NCBI GenBank assembly: GCA_937864815.1
Contig: CALMJY010000329.1
Coordinates: 1 to 61,354, forward strand
DNA length: 61,354 nt
From: an uncultured Bacteroidota bacterium
GTDB taxonomy: Bacteria > Bacteroidota > Bacteroidia > Bacteroidales > VadinHA17
Reading direction: 5' to 3'
Shown: positions 1 through 7,883 of the stretch, piece by piece
Layout: each line of letters opens with the position of its first letter
Numbering within the stretch: the first letter of the stretch is position 1
Notes under the pieces: generated by a model
Seen by the model: only the letters and a program-made list of their open reading frames with translations
The model's database searches: none
Told to the model about the DNA's origin: nothing
Position numbers and translations under genes: made by a program

Positions 1-126
1 AAAAAAACCAATGATTATCCCTTGTCAGTTTAAATTGTTTTGCTATTTAATTGTAATTAAGGCTGTAATAAAAAAAAATAAAAAAAATTATTATGTAAGT
101 GTTTCAATTTAAACAAATAATATTTT

Positions 127-134
127 TATATTTG
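127..134 (+). promoter_or_regulatory. Bacteroidota-type -7 promoter box (TAnnTTTG) for hup
   Basis: tatatttg at 127-134, 56 nt upstream of the ATG at 190. It matches the Bacteroides primary-sigma -7 consensus TAnnTTTG. Confidence 0.4.
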
Positions 135-189
135 CACAGTTGAAAAAACGCATTACAAAATAATTTGTTGAATTTTAAACTTCACGAAA

Positions 190-477
190 ATGACTAAAGC
201 AGACATCGTTAATGAAATTGCCAAGAACACTGGTATTGAGAAGGTAACTGTTCAGAAAACTGTAGAAGCCATGATGGAAACCGTTAAGGATTCTATGGTT
301 AAAGGTAATAACGTATATCTCAGGGGATTTGGGAGCTTCATCGTAAAGAAAAGAGCAAAGAAAACCGCAAGGAATATTTCAAAGAATACCACAATCATTA
401 TCCCGGCTCACAATATCCCAGCTTTCAAGCCGGCAAAAACATTTATTACAAAAGTAAAATCACACGTTAAGAAATAA
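190..477 (+). CDS. hup: HU family DNA-binding protein
   Basis: 95 aa. MTKADIV..IA, RGFGSF and the beta-arm ...ARNISKNTTIIIPAHNIPAFKP are typical of HU/IHF. Confidence 0.9.
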   Translation: MTKADIVNEIAKNTGIEKVTVQKTVEAMMETVKDSMVKGNNVYLRGFGSFIVKKRAKKTARNISKNTTIIIPAHNIPAFKPAKTFITKVKSHVKK

Positions 478-486
478 TAATTTTCC

Positions 487-576
487 ATGCCAAGCGGTAA
501 AAAAAGAAAAAGACATAAGATGGCCACCCACAAACGCAAGAAGCGTTTGAGGAAAAACAGACATAAGAAGAAGTAA
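487..576 (+). CDS. Unannotated 29-aa Lys/Arg-rich microprotein, possibly a bS22-like small ribosomal protein
   Basis: ATG at 487 and TAA at 574-576, translation MPSGKKRKRHKMATHKRKKRLRKNRHKKK (20 of 29 residues are K/R/H). It is below the ORF-track size cut-off, sits 10 nt after the hup stop and is followed by a hairpin terminator. Confidence 0.5.
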   Translation: MPSGKKRKRHKMATHKRKKRLRKNRHKKK

Positions 577-607
577 CAGATCAGCAAGTGGTCATAAGCT
601 TTATAAT

Positions 608-644
608 AAACCTAAAGGTCTGACGGTCTTTAGGTTTATTTTAT
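608..644 (+). terminator. Rho-independent terminator after hup and the microprotein ORF
   Basis: aaacctaaag (608-617) pairs with ctttaggttt (628-637), followed by attttat. Confidence 0.6.
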
Positions 645-693
645 ATATACCGGTTATAGCTGAGATAACATCCAATCAGATCAATTTTTTGAC

Positions 694-2259
694 GTGTCTA
701 ACAAGGATTTAATCATTGATGTTGGTGATTCCGAGGTCACTTTGGCACTGCTTGAAGAGAAGCAGCTGATAGAGTTAAACAAGGAAAAACGCAATATTAA
801 GTACTCTGTAGGGGATATTTATCTGGGTAAGGTAAAAAAAATCATGCCCGGATTAAATGCAGCCTTTATTAATGTCGGATACGAGCGTGATGCTTTCCTT
901 CATTATCTTGATCTTGGCGCCCAGTTCCGAACTTCACAGAAATACTACCTTTCCGCTCTGCAGAGACAGGGAAAGAATCCTCCTGTGCATAAGTTTAAGC
1001 CTGAACCCGAAATCGATAAAGATGGAAAAATAACTGACGTACTTACACAGGGACAGACAGTTATTGTTCAGGTTACCAAGGAACCTATTTCTACAAAAGG
1101 ACCAAGACTCTCTGCAGAGATTTCCCTCGCAGGAAGGAATCTTGTGCTAATGCCTTATTCAGATAAGGTTTCAATTTCTTCGAAAATTGAGAGTCAGGAG
1201 GAGAAGAACCGTCTTAAATCTCTCGTTCAGAGTATAAAGCCAAGAAACTACGGAGTAATAGTCAGAACAGTCGCTGAGGGTAAAAAAATTGCAGTACTTG
1301 ATGCCGAGCTTCGTGAGCTTGTTCATAAATGGGAATCGGCTTTTCAGTCAGTCAGGAAGGAGATAAAATCGCCAAAGCTTTTTATTGGTGAGATGGACAG
1401 GACTTCCACAATACTGCGTGACATGCTCAATGTCACCTTTAACAGTATATTTGTGAATGATTCTTCATTCGCTGAAGATGTCCGTCTTTATATCAGGGGT
1501 ATAGCTCCTGAAAAAGAGAAGATTGTTAAGGTGTATAAAGGGACAATCCCGATCTTCGACCATTTTGGGATCAATAAACAGATAAAGGCGCTTTTCGGAA
1601 AAACCGTCTCATTCAAACATGGTGCATACCTTATTATTGAGCATACAGAAGCCCTTCATGTCATTGATGTCAATAGCGGGAACCGGTCCAAGTCAGGTAA
1701 CGACCAGGAGACCAATGCGCTCGAAGTTAATATGGAAGCAGCTGCAGAAATTGCACGGCAGCTCAGACTAAGAGACATGGGAGGTATAATAGTTGTCGAT
1801 TTCATCGATATGCAATCGGGTGAAAACAAGCAGCTACTGTTTGAAAAGGTCAAGGAATTGATGAGCAGTGACCGTACAAAACATAACATCCTGCCTCTTA
1901 CAAAATTCGGCCTTATGCAGATTACCCGTCAGAGGGTAAGACCCGAAATGAATATAGTGACTGATGAAAAATGTCCTGTCTGCCAGGGTACCGGCGAAAC
2001 AAAACCCACGGTGCTGTTTACTGATGAGCTTGAAAGAGCACTGTCCTTTATCGTCGATAAAATAAAAACCAGAAAGATTATCCTGAATGTTCATCCCTTT
2101 GTGGCTGCATACCTTAAAAAGGGACTGATACCGGTTTGCCGGAAGTGGAACTTTAAGTACAAGATAAGCCTTAAAGTTCAGCCGGTTACATCATATCATA
2201 TGCTCGAATATCATTTCTTCGATCACTACGATAACGAAATCGATCTCACACTCGACTGA
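694..2259 (+). CDS. rng: Ribonuclease G/E family endoribonuclease
   Basis: 521 aa with a GTG start. N-terminal S1-like segment (GDIYLGKVKKIMPGLNAAFINVG), catalytic core VIDVNSG and GGIIVVDFIDM, C-terminal CPVCQGTG zinc link. Confidence 0.9.
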   Translation: MSNKDLIIDVGDSEVTLALLEEKQLIELNKEKRNIKYSVGDIYLGKVKKIMPGLNAAFINVGYERDAFLHYLDLGAQFRTSQKYYLSALQRQGKNPPVHKFKPEPEIDKDGKITDVLTQGQTVIVQVTKEPISTKGPRLSAEISLAGRNLVLMPYSDKVSISSKIESQEEKNRLKSLVQSIKPRNYGVIVRTVAEGKKIAVLDAELRELVHKWESAFQSVRKEIKSPKLFIGEMDRTSTILRDMLNVTFNSIFVNDSSFAEDVRLYIRGIAPEKEKIVKVYKGTIPIFDHFGINKQIKALFGKTVSFKHGAYLIIEHTEALHVIDVNSGNRSKSGNDQETNALEVNMEAAAEIARQLRLRDMGGIIVVDFIDMQSGENKQLLFEKVKELMSSDRTKHNILPLTKFGLMQITRQRVRPEMNIVTDEKCPVCQGTGETKPTVLFTDELERALSFIVDKIKTRKIILNVHPFVAAYLKKGLIPVCRKWNFKYKISLKVQPVTSYHMLEYHFFDHYDNEIDLTLD

Positions 2260-2303
2260 ACAATCCAGGTTCAGGGTTGTATTTGTATTCAGAGGTGATT
2301 TAT

Positions 2304-2311
2304 TACTTTTG
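2304..2311 (+). promoter_or_regulatory. -7 promoter box (TAnnTTTG) for dsbD
   Basis: tacttttg, 22 nt upstream of the ATG at 2333. Confidence 0.4.
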
Positions 2312-2332
2312 TCATTCTAATACTGTTTAATC

Positions 2333-4348
2333 ATGATGAGAAAACTTACATTAATTGCATCTCTTCTTCTCTCATTTTTTTCTGTTTCATCACAGATATA
2401 TGATCCGGTTACCTGGGATTTCGCTTATGAGAAAAAGGGTGAAAATCAATTTGAGATAATACTCACCGCAAATATAGAGGATGGCTCACATATCTATGCG
2501 ATGGAAGTCCCTGACGGAGGTCCGATTCCTACAAGTTTTGTCTTCGACACTATAGCCGCATATAAGCTTGAAGGAAATACTTATGAGGTGGAACCTCCTG
2601 TAGAGAAGATGGACGAAGCATTCGGGTTCAAGATAAAAACATTCAGCAAAAAGGCAGAGTTCCGGCAGAAGATTACAGCTATTGATCCATCATTCACAGT
2701 GACAGGGACACTTAACTTCATGGCATGTAACAATCAGACATGTTCGCCTCCAAAAGATGTTGAGTTTTCTGTCAGCATTTCAGGAGGACCAGTTGAAAAA
2801 GCTGCCACTGAGGGCGGAACTGTTAAAGAAGCTGCTACAGAAGGAGGCACCATTACTGCTTCCTATGAATCCATTGCAGATGGCAGCGGGTTGCTTAAAT
2901 TTTTCCTCATCTCAATGCTTGCGGGTTTTGCCGGTGTTTTAACGCCATGTGTCTTTCCAATGATACCTATGACTGTGGCCTTTTTTTCTCAGGGCTCGGA
3001 GAATAAGAGCAAGTCGGTGATAAAAGCTGTTATTTTCGGTATTTCAATATTGCTTATTTATTCGTCGCTTGGGATCCTTGTTTCACTGACAAGTGCAGGA
3101 GCCGGTTTTGCAAATACACTCAGTACACACTGGATCCCCAATATTATATTTTTTGCCCTTTTTGTTATTTTTGCCACTTCCTTTTTCGGAGCCTTTGAAA
3201 TTGGACTACCAAATAAGTGGGCTTCAAGTGCCGATTCAAAGGTTGACCAGGGTGGAATGCTGGCCGCTTTTTTTATGGGTCTGACAACTGTCATCGTTTC
3301 TTTCTCATGTACAGGGCCAATAATTGGAGCTCTTCTTGTAGAGGCTGCCAGTGGTGATGTGCTTCGTCCGACAATAGGAATGGTTGGCTTCGGTTTTGCA
3401 TTTGCTCTTCCATTCACGATATTTGCACTCTTCCCTTCAGTAATGAGTAAAATGCCTAAATCAGGAGGATGGCTCAATTCTATAAAGGTCGTCCTCGGTT
3501 TCATAATGCTTGCCTTTAGTATGAAATTCCTGATGACTGTCGATGGCGTTTATAACCTCGGATTGCTCTCAAGAGATCTCTTCCTTGCAATATGGATAGT
3601 GTTATTCTCATTGATGGGTTTTTACCTGTTGGGTAAAATCAAATTTTCGCACGACAGTGATTTGCCATATATCGGGACCTTCAGGTTATTTCTGGTGATC
3701 GGAGTATTTTCATTTGTTGTTTACCTTGTACCGGGTCTTTTCGGTGCCCCGTTAAAAGCCTTATCATCATTCCTTCCTGCACAATCAAAATCTCAGCTTA
3801 ACCTCCCTCTTATCATATCGCAGAACAGGGGAGGAGCATCGCCGATCAGCCAGAATAGTATGGTAAGTGTACTCTGTTCGGAACCAAAACATGGTGATAT
3901 CTTTGATATGCCTCTTGGACTTACAGGTTATTTTGATCTTAAACAGGGTCTTGCCTGTGCAAAGGAGCAGGGGAAACCTGTACTTATTGATTTCAAGGGA
4001 CATGCGTGTGCCAACTGCAAATTGATGGAAGCAAAAGTATGGTCTGATCAGGAGGTTCTCAGAAGGTTAAGGGGAAATTTCGTAATAATTGCGCTGTATG
4101 TCGACGACCGAACAGAACTTCCGGAAAGTGAGTGGATCACTTCGAAGGTGGATGGAAAGATAAAAAAGACGATTGGAAAAGTCAACGAGGATCTTGAGAT
4201 CTCCTTATTCAAAACCAATGCCCTGCCGCTATATGTTATTGCCGATCATGAAGGTAATCCTGTTATCAGTCCGATGCCGACAAATCTGAATGTGGAGGAG
4301 TATAAGAAGTGGCTTGATGACGGTTTGACGGCATTTACTAAAAAATAA
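2333..4348 (+). CDS. dsbD: Thiol:disulfide interchange protein DsbD (protein-disulfide reductase)
   Basis: 671 aa. Signal peptide, N-terminal DsbD-alpha-like domain, multi-pass membrane core (LTPCVFPMIP ... FSCTGPIIG) and C-terminal thioredoxin-like domain (CANC). Confidence 0.85.
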   Translation: MMRKLTLIASLLLSFFSVSSQIYDPVTWDFAYEKKGENQFEIILTANIEDGSHIYAMEVPDGGPIPTSFVFDTIAAYKLEGNTYEVEPPVEKMDEAFGFKIKTFSKKAEFRQKITAIDPSFTVTGTLNFMACNNQTCSPPKDVEFSVSISGGPVEKAATEGGTVKEAATEGGTITASYESIADGSGLLKFFLISMLAGFAGVLTPCVFPMIPMTVAFFSQGSENKSKSVIKAVIFGISILLIYSSLGILVSLTSAGAGFANTLSTHWIPNIIFFALFVIFATSFFGAFEIGLPNKWASSADSKVDQGGMLAAFFMGLTTVIVSFSCTGPIIGALLVEAASGDVLRPTIGMVGFGFAFALPFTIFALFPSVMSKMPKSGGWLNSIKVVLGFIMLAFSMKFLMTVDGVYNLGLLSRDLFLAIWIVLFSLMGFYLLGKIKFSHDSDLPYIGTFRLFLVIGVFSFVVYLVPGLFGAPLKALSSFLPAQSKSQLNLPLIISQNRGGASPISQNSMVSVLCSEPKHGDIFDMPLGLTGYFDLKQGLACAKEQGKPVLIDFKGHACANCKLMEAKVWSDQEVLRRLRGNFVIIALYVDDRTELPESEWITSKVDGKIKKTIGKVNEDLEISLFKTNALPLYVIADHEGNPVISPMPTNLNVEEYKKWLDDGLTAFTKK

Positions 4349-4430
4349 GTTCCCGCAGATTGCGCAGATTATCGCAGAATAATGTGTTATGGTTTTACAT
4401 CTGTGAAGATCAGCGGTATCTGCGGGAAAC
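4349..4430. repeat. Imperfect palindrome built from CGCAGAT-type words; probable bidirectional terminator
   Basis: ttcccgcagat (4350-4360) is the exact reverse complement of atctgcgggaa (4418-4428). Decayed copies (tgcgcagat, tatcgcagaa, atctgtgaagat) lie between the arms. It fills the spacer between convergent genes. Confidence 0.6.
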
Positions 4431-4433
4431 AAT

Positions 4434-5105
4434 TCAGAATTTTCCGAATTTAAAAGTTACTGTATAATTCCATCCATCCATTGATTCTGGTCCGGCAATG
4501 GGATTTCCTTCAGTTCCAATGTCAAAAGGAGTTGTAAAAATATATGATGCTCCGAATGCCAGTCTGAAATGCCTTGTAATGTTGAGTTCAAGCTCAGCAG
4601 CCGGTTCTACGATCAGGAAAGCTTCAGAGTCTTCGATAAAATTATCATTACTTGCATCATCTTTGGTTATATAGGAAATACCTCCTCCTCCCAGCAGCAC
4701 AGGAAATGAAAGATGCACCGGAAATCGAGGCATTAGTATTGGTTCAATATATAATCCTCCGAATCCGCCGGTAAGGAATACATCCTTATCAATTGTAGGT
4801 TCATAATGATATTCATTTATAAATCCTTTTCCTCCGAATCCGAATCCTATTGCCTGGGCAGCTATCCATTCAAATCTTCCGCCGAACATTACCGAGTGTT
4901 CTTCAGCAATCTGGGCATAGCCTATACTGAAGGCTCCGTATGCTCCCCCCGGCTTGTTATGACCAAAGAGTGTCATATATTCATTGTTCTTCGGTTTTTC
5001 GTCTTCCACAGGTTTAACAAGAGTGTCAGACTCCTGCGAAAATAGTTGTGTGCAGATTATAATTAATAATGCTGAAAAGATTACTGCTTTTTTCATAGAT
5101 CTCAT
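4434..5105 (-). CDS. Hypothetical secreted protein, probable small outer-membrane beta-barrel
   Basis: 223 aa. N-terminal signal peptide, Gly/aromatic-rich alternating strands and a C-terminal ...FKFGKF (terminal Phe). Confidence 0.6.
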   Translation of the reverse strand: MRSMKKAVIFSALLIIICTQLFSQESDTLVKPVEDEKPKNNEYMTLFGHNKPGGAYGAFSIGYAQIAEEHSVMFGGRFEWIAAQAIGFGFGGKGFINEYHYEPTIDKDVFLTGGFGGLYIEPILMPRFPVHLSFPVLLGGGGISYITKDDASNDNFIEDSEAFLIVEPAAELELNITRHFRLAFGASYIFTTPFDIGTEGNPIAGPESMDGWNYTVTFKFGKF

Positions 5106-5117
5106 TTTTATAATATT

Positions 5118-5630
5118 TTAAAATACGTACGATATTGATACTGCAAAATCCCATGGTGTGACCTTCAGGAAAGATGGAAATGTAAGTTCCACGAAAGGTT
5201 TAACATTGAGGCTGACATTAAGGGGTATATCTGTAATACGATATTCAGCAGCCACCCAGCCGTCAATACCAAATAAGGGGCAGAACCTGTCATCGGGGAA
5301 ATAGTAGTCTTCTCCCATAAATCTTACATGGTCTGAATATGTAAATCCTGCATGTCCTCCATATCCCCATGAAAAAACGAGGTTTGGGGAGATGTCTCCA
5401 AAAGATGTCTCATAAATAATTTTGAGAGCTGTTGCCTGAACTCCGCTTTTCTGAAAACTAAGCATAGCGTTATAGGCAATTTCTGCATTCCCTGCTTCCT
5501 GCGAGACCTGGTAGAATATACCGCTTCTGTATCCCATCCGGAATCCTGCCTGGCGTGTCTCAATCTGTGCTGAGAGTGATAGTGAAGTCAGGTAAATGAG
5601 GCTGGAAATGAAAAGTATTTTTTTATTCAT
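5118..5630 (-). CDS. Hypothetical secreted protein, probable small outer-membrane beta-barrel
   Basis: 170 aa. Signal peptide (…SLSAQ) and a C-terminal ...SISYVF. It lies 12 nt upstream of the next OMP-like gene. Confidence 0.6.
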   Translation of the reverse strand: MNKKILFISSLIYLTSLSLSAQIETRQAGFRMGYRSGIFYQVSQEAGNAEIAYNAMLSFQKSGVQATALKIIYETSFGDISPNLVFSWGYGGHAGFTYSDHVRFMGEDYYFPDDRFCPLFGIDGWVAAEYRITDIPLNVSLNVKPFVELTFPSFLKVTPWDFAVSISYVF

Positions 5631-5697
5631 TGTTGTGCTGAAGTATTATTTTATGATAAAGACAATTTCATTATTTTAAAGTTGCATATCACAGGAA

Positions 5698-6780
5698 TTA
5701 TTTTATATAAATTTTCCCTCTGTTAGCATCAATCTTGAGCAGCCTGCTGCCAGGATTCTGACCTGCTGTGCCGGTTGTTATATATTCCTTCTTACCTGAA
5801 TCAAGGGTCCTTTCCTCTCTTTTTATACCTGAGGGAAGTGAGAGGAATGAATTAAGCGTTCTGACCTCAATACTGTAAGAAGCGTCAGGATCGAAATCGA
5901 GAGAAATATCTGAAAATCCGGAGTTTATGTTTATCGATTCAAATTGCGGAGATATATTATCAAAGTCAAGATCTCCGTACCTTGATACAAGATTCAGTGA
6001 TTCAGTAAGTGATCCTACTTCAAAATCTGAGAAGTAGGAATCGCCTTCAAGATTACCTATGTTATCAATGAAGAGATCATCACGTCTTGATTCAATTTCA
6101 ATACTGCCTGCCTTATTGATCCTGTATTTGGATGAGATAGTTTTGATTTTTATCATTTTAATATCACTGATAGTTATATCAGAAAAAGAGGCATCTATGC
6201 TGCCTGAAATAAATGAAGTAATTGTTGCATCACAGAAGGAAAGCCTCAGGCTGCTTTTTCTGCCGGGTACGTCAGTTTTAAGTGAGCCGTTTGAAAGAGT
6301 CAGCTCAAAGTTACCGCTGATCTTTTCAAGGAAGATATCTCCATACCTGTTGTCGATACGGAGGTTCATATATTCAGGCACTTTTATAAAATAGTTTATC
6401 TCAACCTGTGATTCATAACTTATCACCTTATTTGTCATTCCTTTGAAGTTCTCAAAGAATGCATTTATACTCTGGTTAAAAACTGTCTGGGCAAGAATAA
6501 GATTTCCTGTCCCGGTAATTTTTACACTTATCTCATCAAACATTTTGCCGAGCTTCGACTGGTTTGGTGCCGAGGCTTTTATCTCTGCCCTTACATAGGC
6601 AGAGTCACTGTCCCATGTAGTGATCTCTATATTACCGTATTTATTGTTCACCTCCAGGACACTTTCCTTAGCGACAGTGAAACTCTTTATAAAGCTTCTT
6701 GTCTCAGATGCTCCCTGTGGGAGTATCGGATGAAATGGCAATAAAACAAGTATTAAAATTAAAACTCTTCTATAGCTCAT
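5698..6780 (-). CDS. DUF4097-like putative adhesin (beta-helical repeat protein)
   Basis: Repeated YGDI/NGSL/SGxI-type beta-helix rungs and a signal peptide. I prefer the start at 6780 (MSYRRVLILIL...), which overlaps the anti-sigma stop by 11 nt. The ORF-track start at 6810 remains possible. Confidence 0.6.
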   Translation of the reverse strand: MSYRRVLILILVLLPFHPILPQGASETRSFIKSFTVAKESVLEVNNKYGNIEITTWDSDSAYVRAEIKASAPNQSKLGKMFDEISVKITGTGNLILAQTVFNQSINAFFENFKGMTNKVISYESQVEINYFIKVPEYMNLRIDNRYGDIFLEKISGNFELTLSNGSLKTDVPGRKSSLRLSFCDATITSFISGSIDASFSDITISDIKMIKIKTISSKYRINKAGSIEIESRRDDLFIDNIGNLEGDSYFSDFEVGSLTESLNLVSRYGDLDFDNISPQFESININSGFSDISLDFDPDASYSIEVRTLNSFLSLPSGIKREERTLDSGKKEYITTGTAGQNPGSRLLKIDANRGKIYIK

Positions 6781-7312
6781 GGCTTTTATTTTTTTCTCCA
6801 TTGTTTTCATTTTCCCTCAGGATTGCCAGCATATCCTCCATAATCCTGATTTTTATTGTATAATTCCTTATCAATGCTTCCACAACTTCCTGATTTGCAA
6901 TATTATCTTTCAGATCTTTTTTCAGATCTGCATATATACTGTCGATCTGTGCTATATCAGAATTCAGCTCCTCCTTAAGATCCGGATTGGCTGTCAGCAT
7001 GGGTTCCGCTTCGAGGTACAGGTTATTTATCTGACTTGTGTAATATGCTTCGGCTTCAATAAGCTGCTGCCTTGCCGTAAGATCAGTGTCAGCAGATTGC
7101 ATTCTGCTCTTGACGCTGTTCCTTCCAAGCTGGTAAAAGAAAAGTGATAATCCTGTAATAACTATCACAGAGGCAGCTGCTGAAAGCCATCTTCTTACAG
7201 GTCTTCTGGTGGAATTCAGATCTTTTCCTATCCGTTCCCATACTTCCGGTGATGGTTCATGGATATCAAGCGAATCCCTGTTTTTCTTAATATACTCCTC
7301 AAGTCTGTCCAT
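6770..7312 (-). CDS. Putative membrane-anchored anti-sigma factor
   Basis: 180 aa. Its start overlaps the upstream ECF sigma gene by 14 nt. Short cytoplasmic N-terminus (..PSPEVWERIGKDL..), one TM helix (WLSAAASVIVITGLSLFF) and a coiled periplasmic part. Confidence 0.6.
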   Translation of the reverse strand: MDRLEEYIKKNRDSLDIHEPSPEVWERIGKDLNSTRRPVRRWLSAAASVIVITGLSLFFYQLGRNSVKSRMQSADTDLTARQQLIEAEAYYTSQINNLYLEAEPMLTANPDLKEELNSDIAQIDSIYADLKKDLKDNIANQEVVEALIRNYTIKIRIMEDMLAILRENENNGEKNKSHEL

Positions 7313-7850
7313 ATATTTGGTTTTTTGAGAGTTGACTTCTTAATTTTTCTTTTGCCCTTGAGTATTGTGATTTTGATGTCGATTCGGATATACCTAATAT
7401 CTGAGCTATCTCCGAATGATCATATCCCTCCAGGAGGTAAAGTGAAAGTATTACCCTGTAACCATCCGGGAGCATCTCTATTCCCTTGGTAATCTTTGAA
7501 ATATCATATACAGTTTCATCTTCTTCCTCATAACCGATGTTTGGAAGTTCGTCGGTAATTGTCAGATCGATTCTTTTCTTCTGAAGATGATTGATGGATT
7601 TATTAATTAATATTCTCTTAAGCCATGCACCGAATGTCGATTCAAATCTGAAAGAATTAATGTTCCTGAAGCAGTCAACAAAAGTCTCCTGAAGGATGTC
7701 CTCTGCATCTTCCCTGTTATTAAGCATCCTGTAAGCGATATTATACATTGCCTTTGCGTATTGGTTATATAGCCGGAACTGAGCCCGGCTGTTGCCCTTT
7801 CTGCACTCCTCAATCAGCGGAGCATGTATGTGCACATCAAAATTATCCAC
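7299..7850 (-). CDS. ECF-type RNA polymerase sigma-70 factor
   Basis: 183 aa. Region 2 (EDAEDILQETFV...WLKRILIN) and region 4 (LPDGYRVILSLYLLEGYDHSEIAQILGISESTSKSQYSRAK). Confidence 0.9.
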   Translation of the reverse strand: MDNFDVHIHAPLIEECRKGNSRAQFRLYNQYAKAMYNIAYRMLNNREDAEDILQETFVDCFRNINSFRFESTFGAWLKRILINKSINHLQKKRIDLTITDELPNIGYEEEDETVYDISKITKGIEMLPDGYRVILSLYLLEGYDHSEIAQILGISESTSKSQYSRAKEKLRSQLSKNQIYGQT

Positions 7851-7883
7851 CTGATAAGCTTACCTGATTACAAAGACAAAAAC

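Noticed and set aside
2801-2851. In-frame duplicated AATEGGT segment in the DsbD linker.
   Set aside because: It is a short low-complexity linker duplication between the N-terminal and membrane domains. There is no evidence of functional significance or phase variation.
3058-3504. 148-aa - strand ORF, plus other 60-160-aa ORFs such as 1656-1889, 6059-6394, 9151-9543, 16524-17012, 34202-34657, 40305-40679 and 56143-56490.
   Set aside because: All lie antisense to, or out of frame within, genes with strong family signatures. They have low-complexity or hydrophobic shadow-ORF composition, no promoter box and no recognisable motif.
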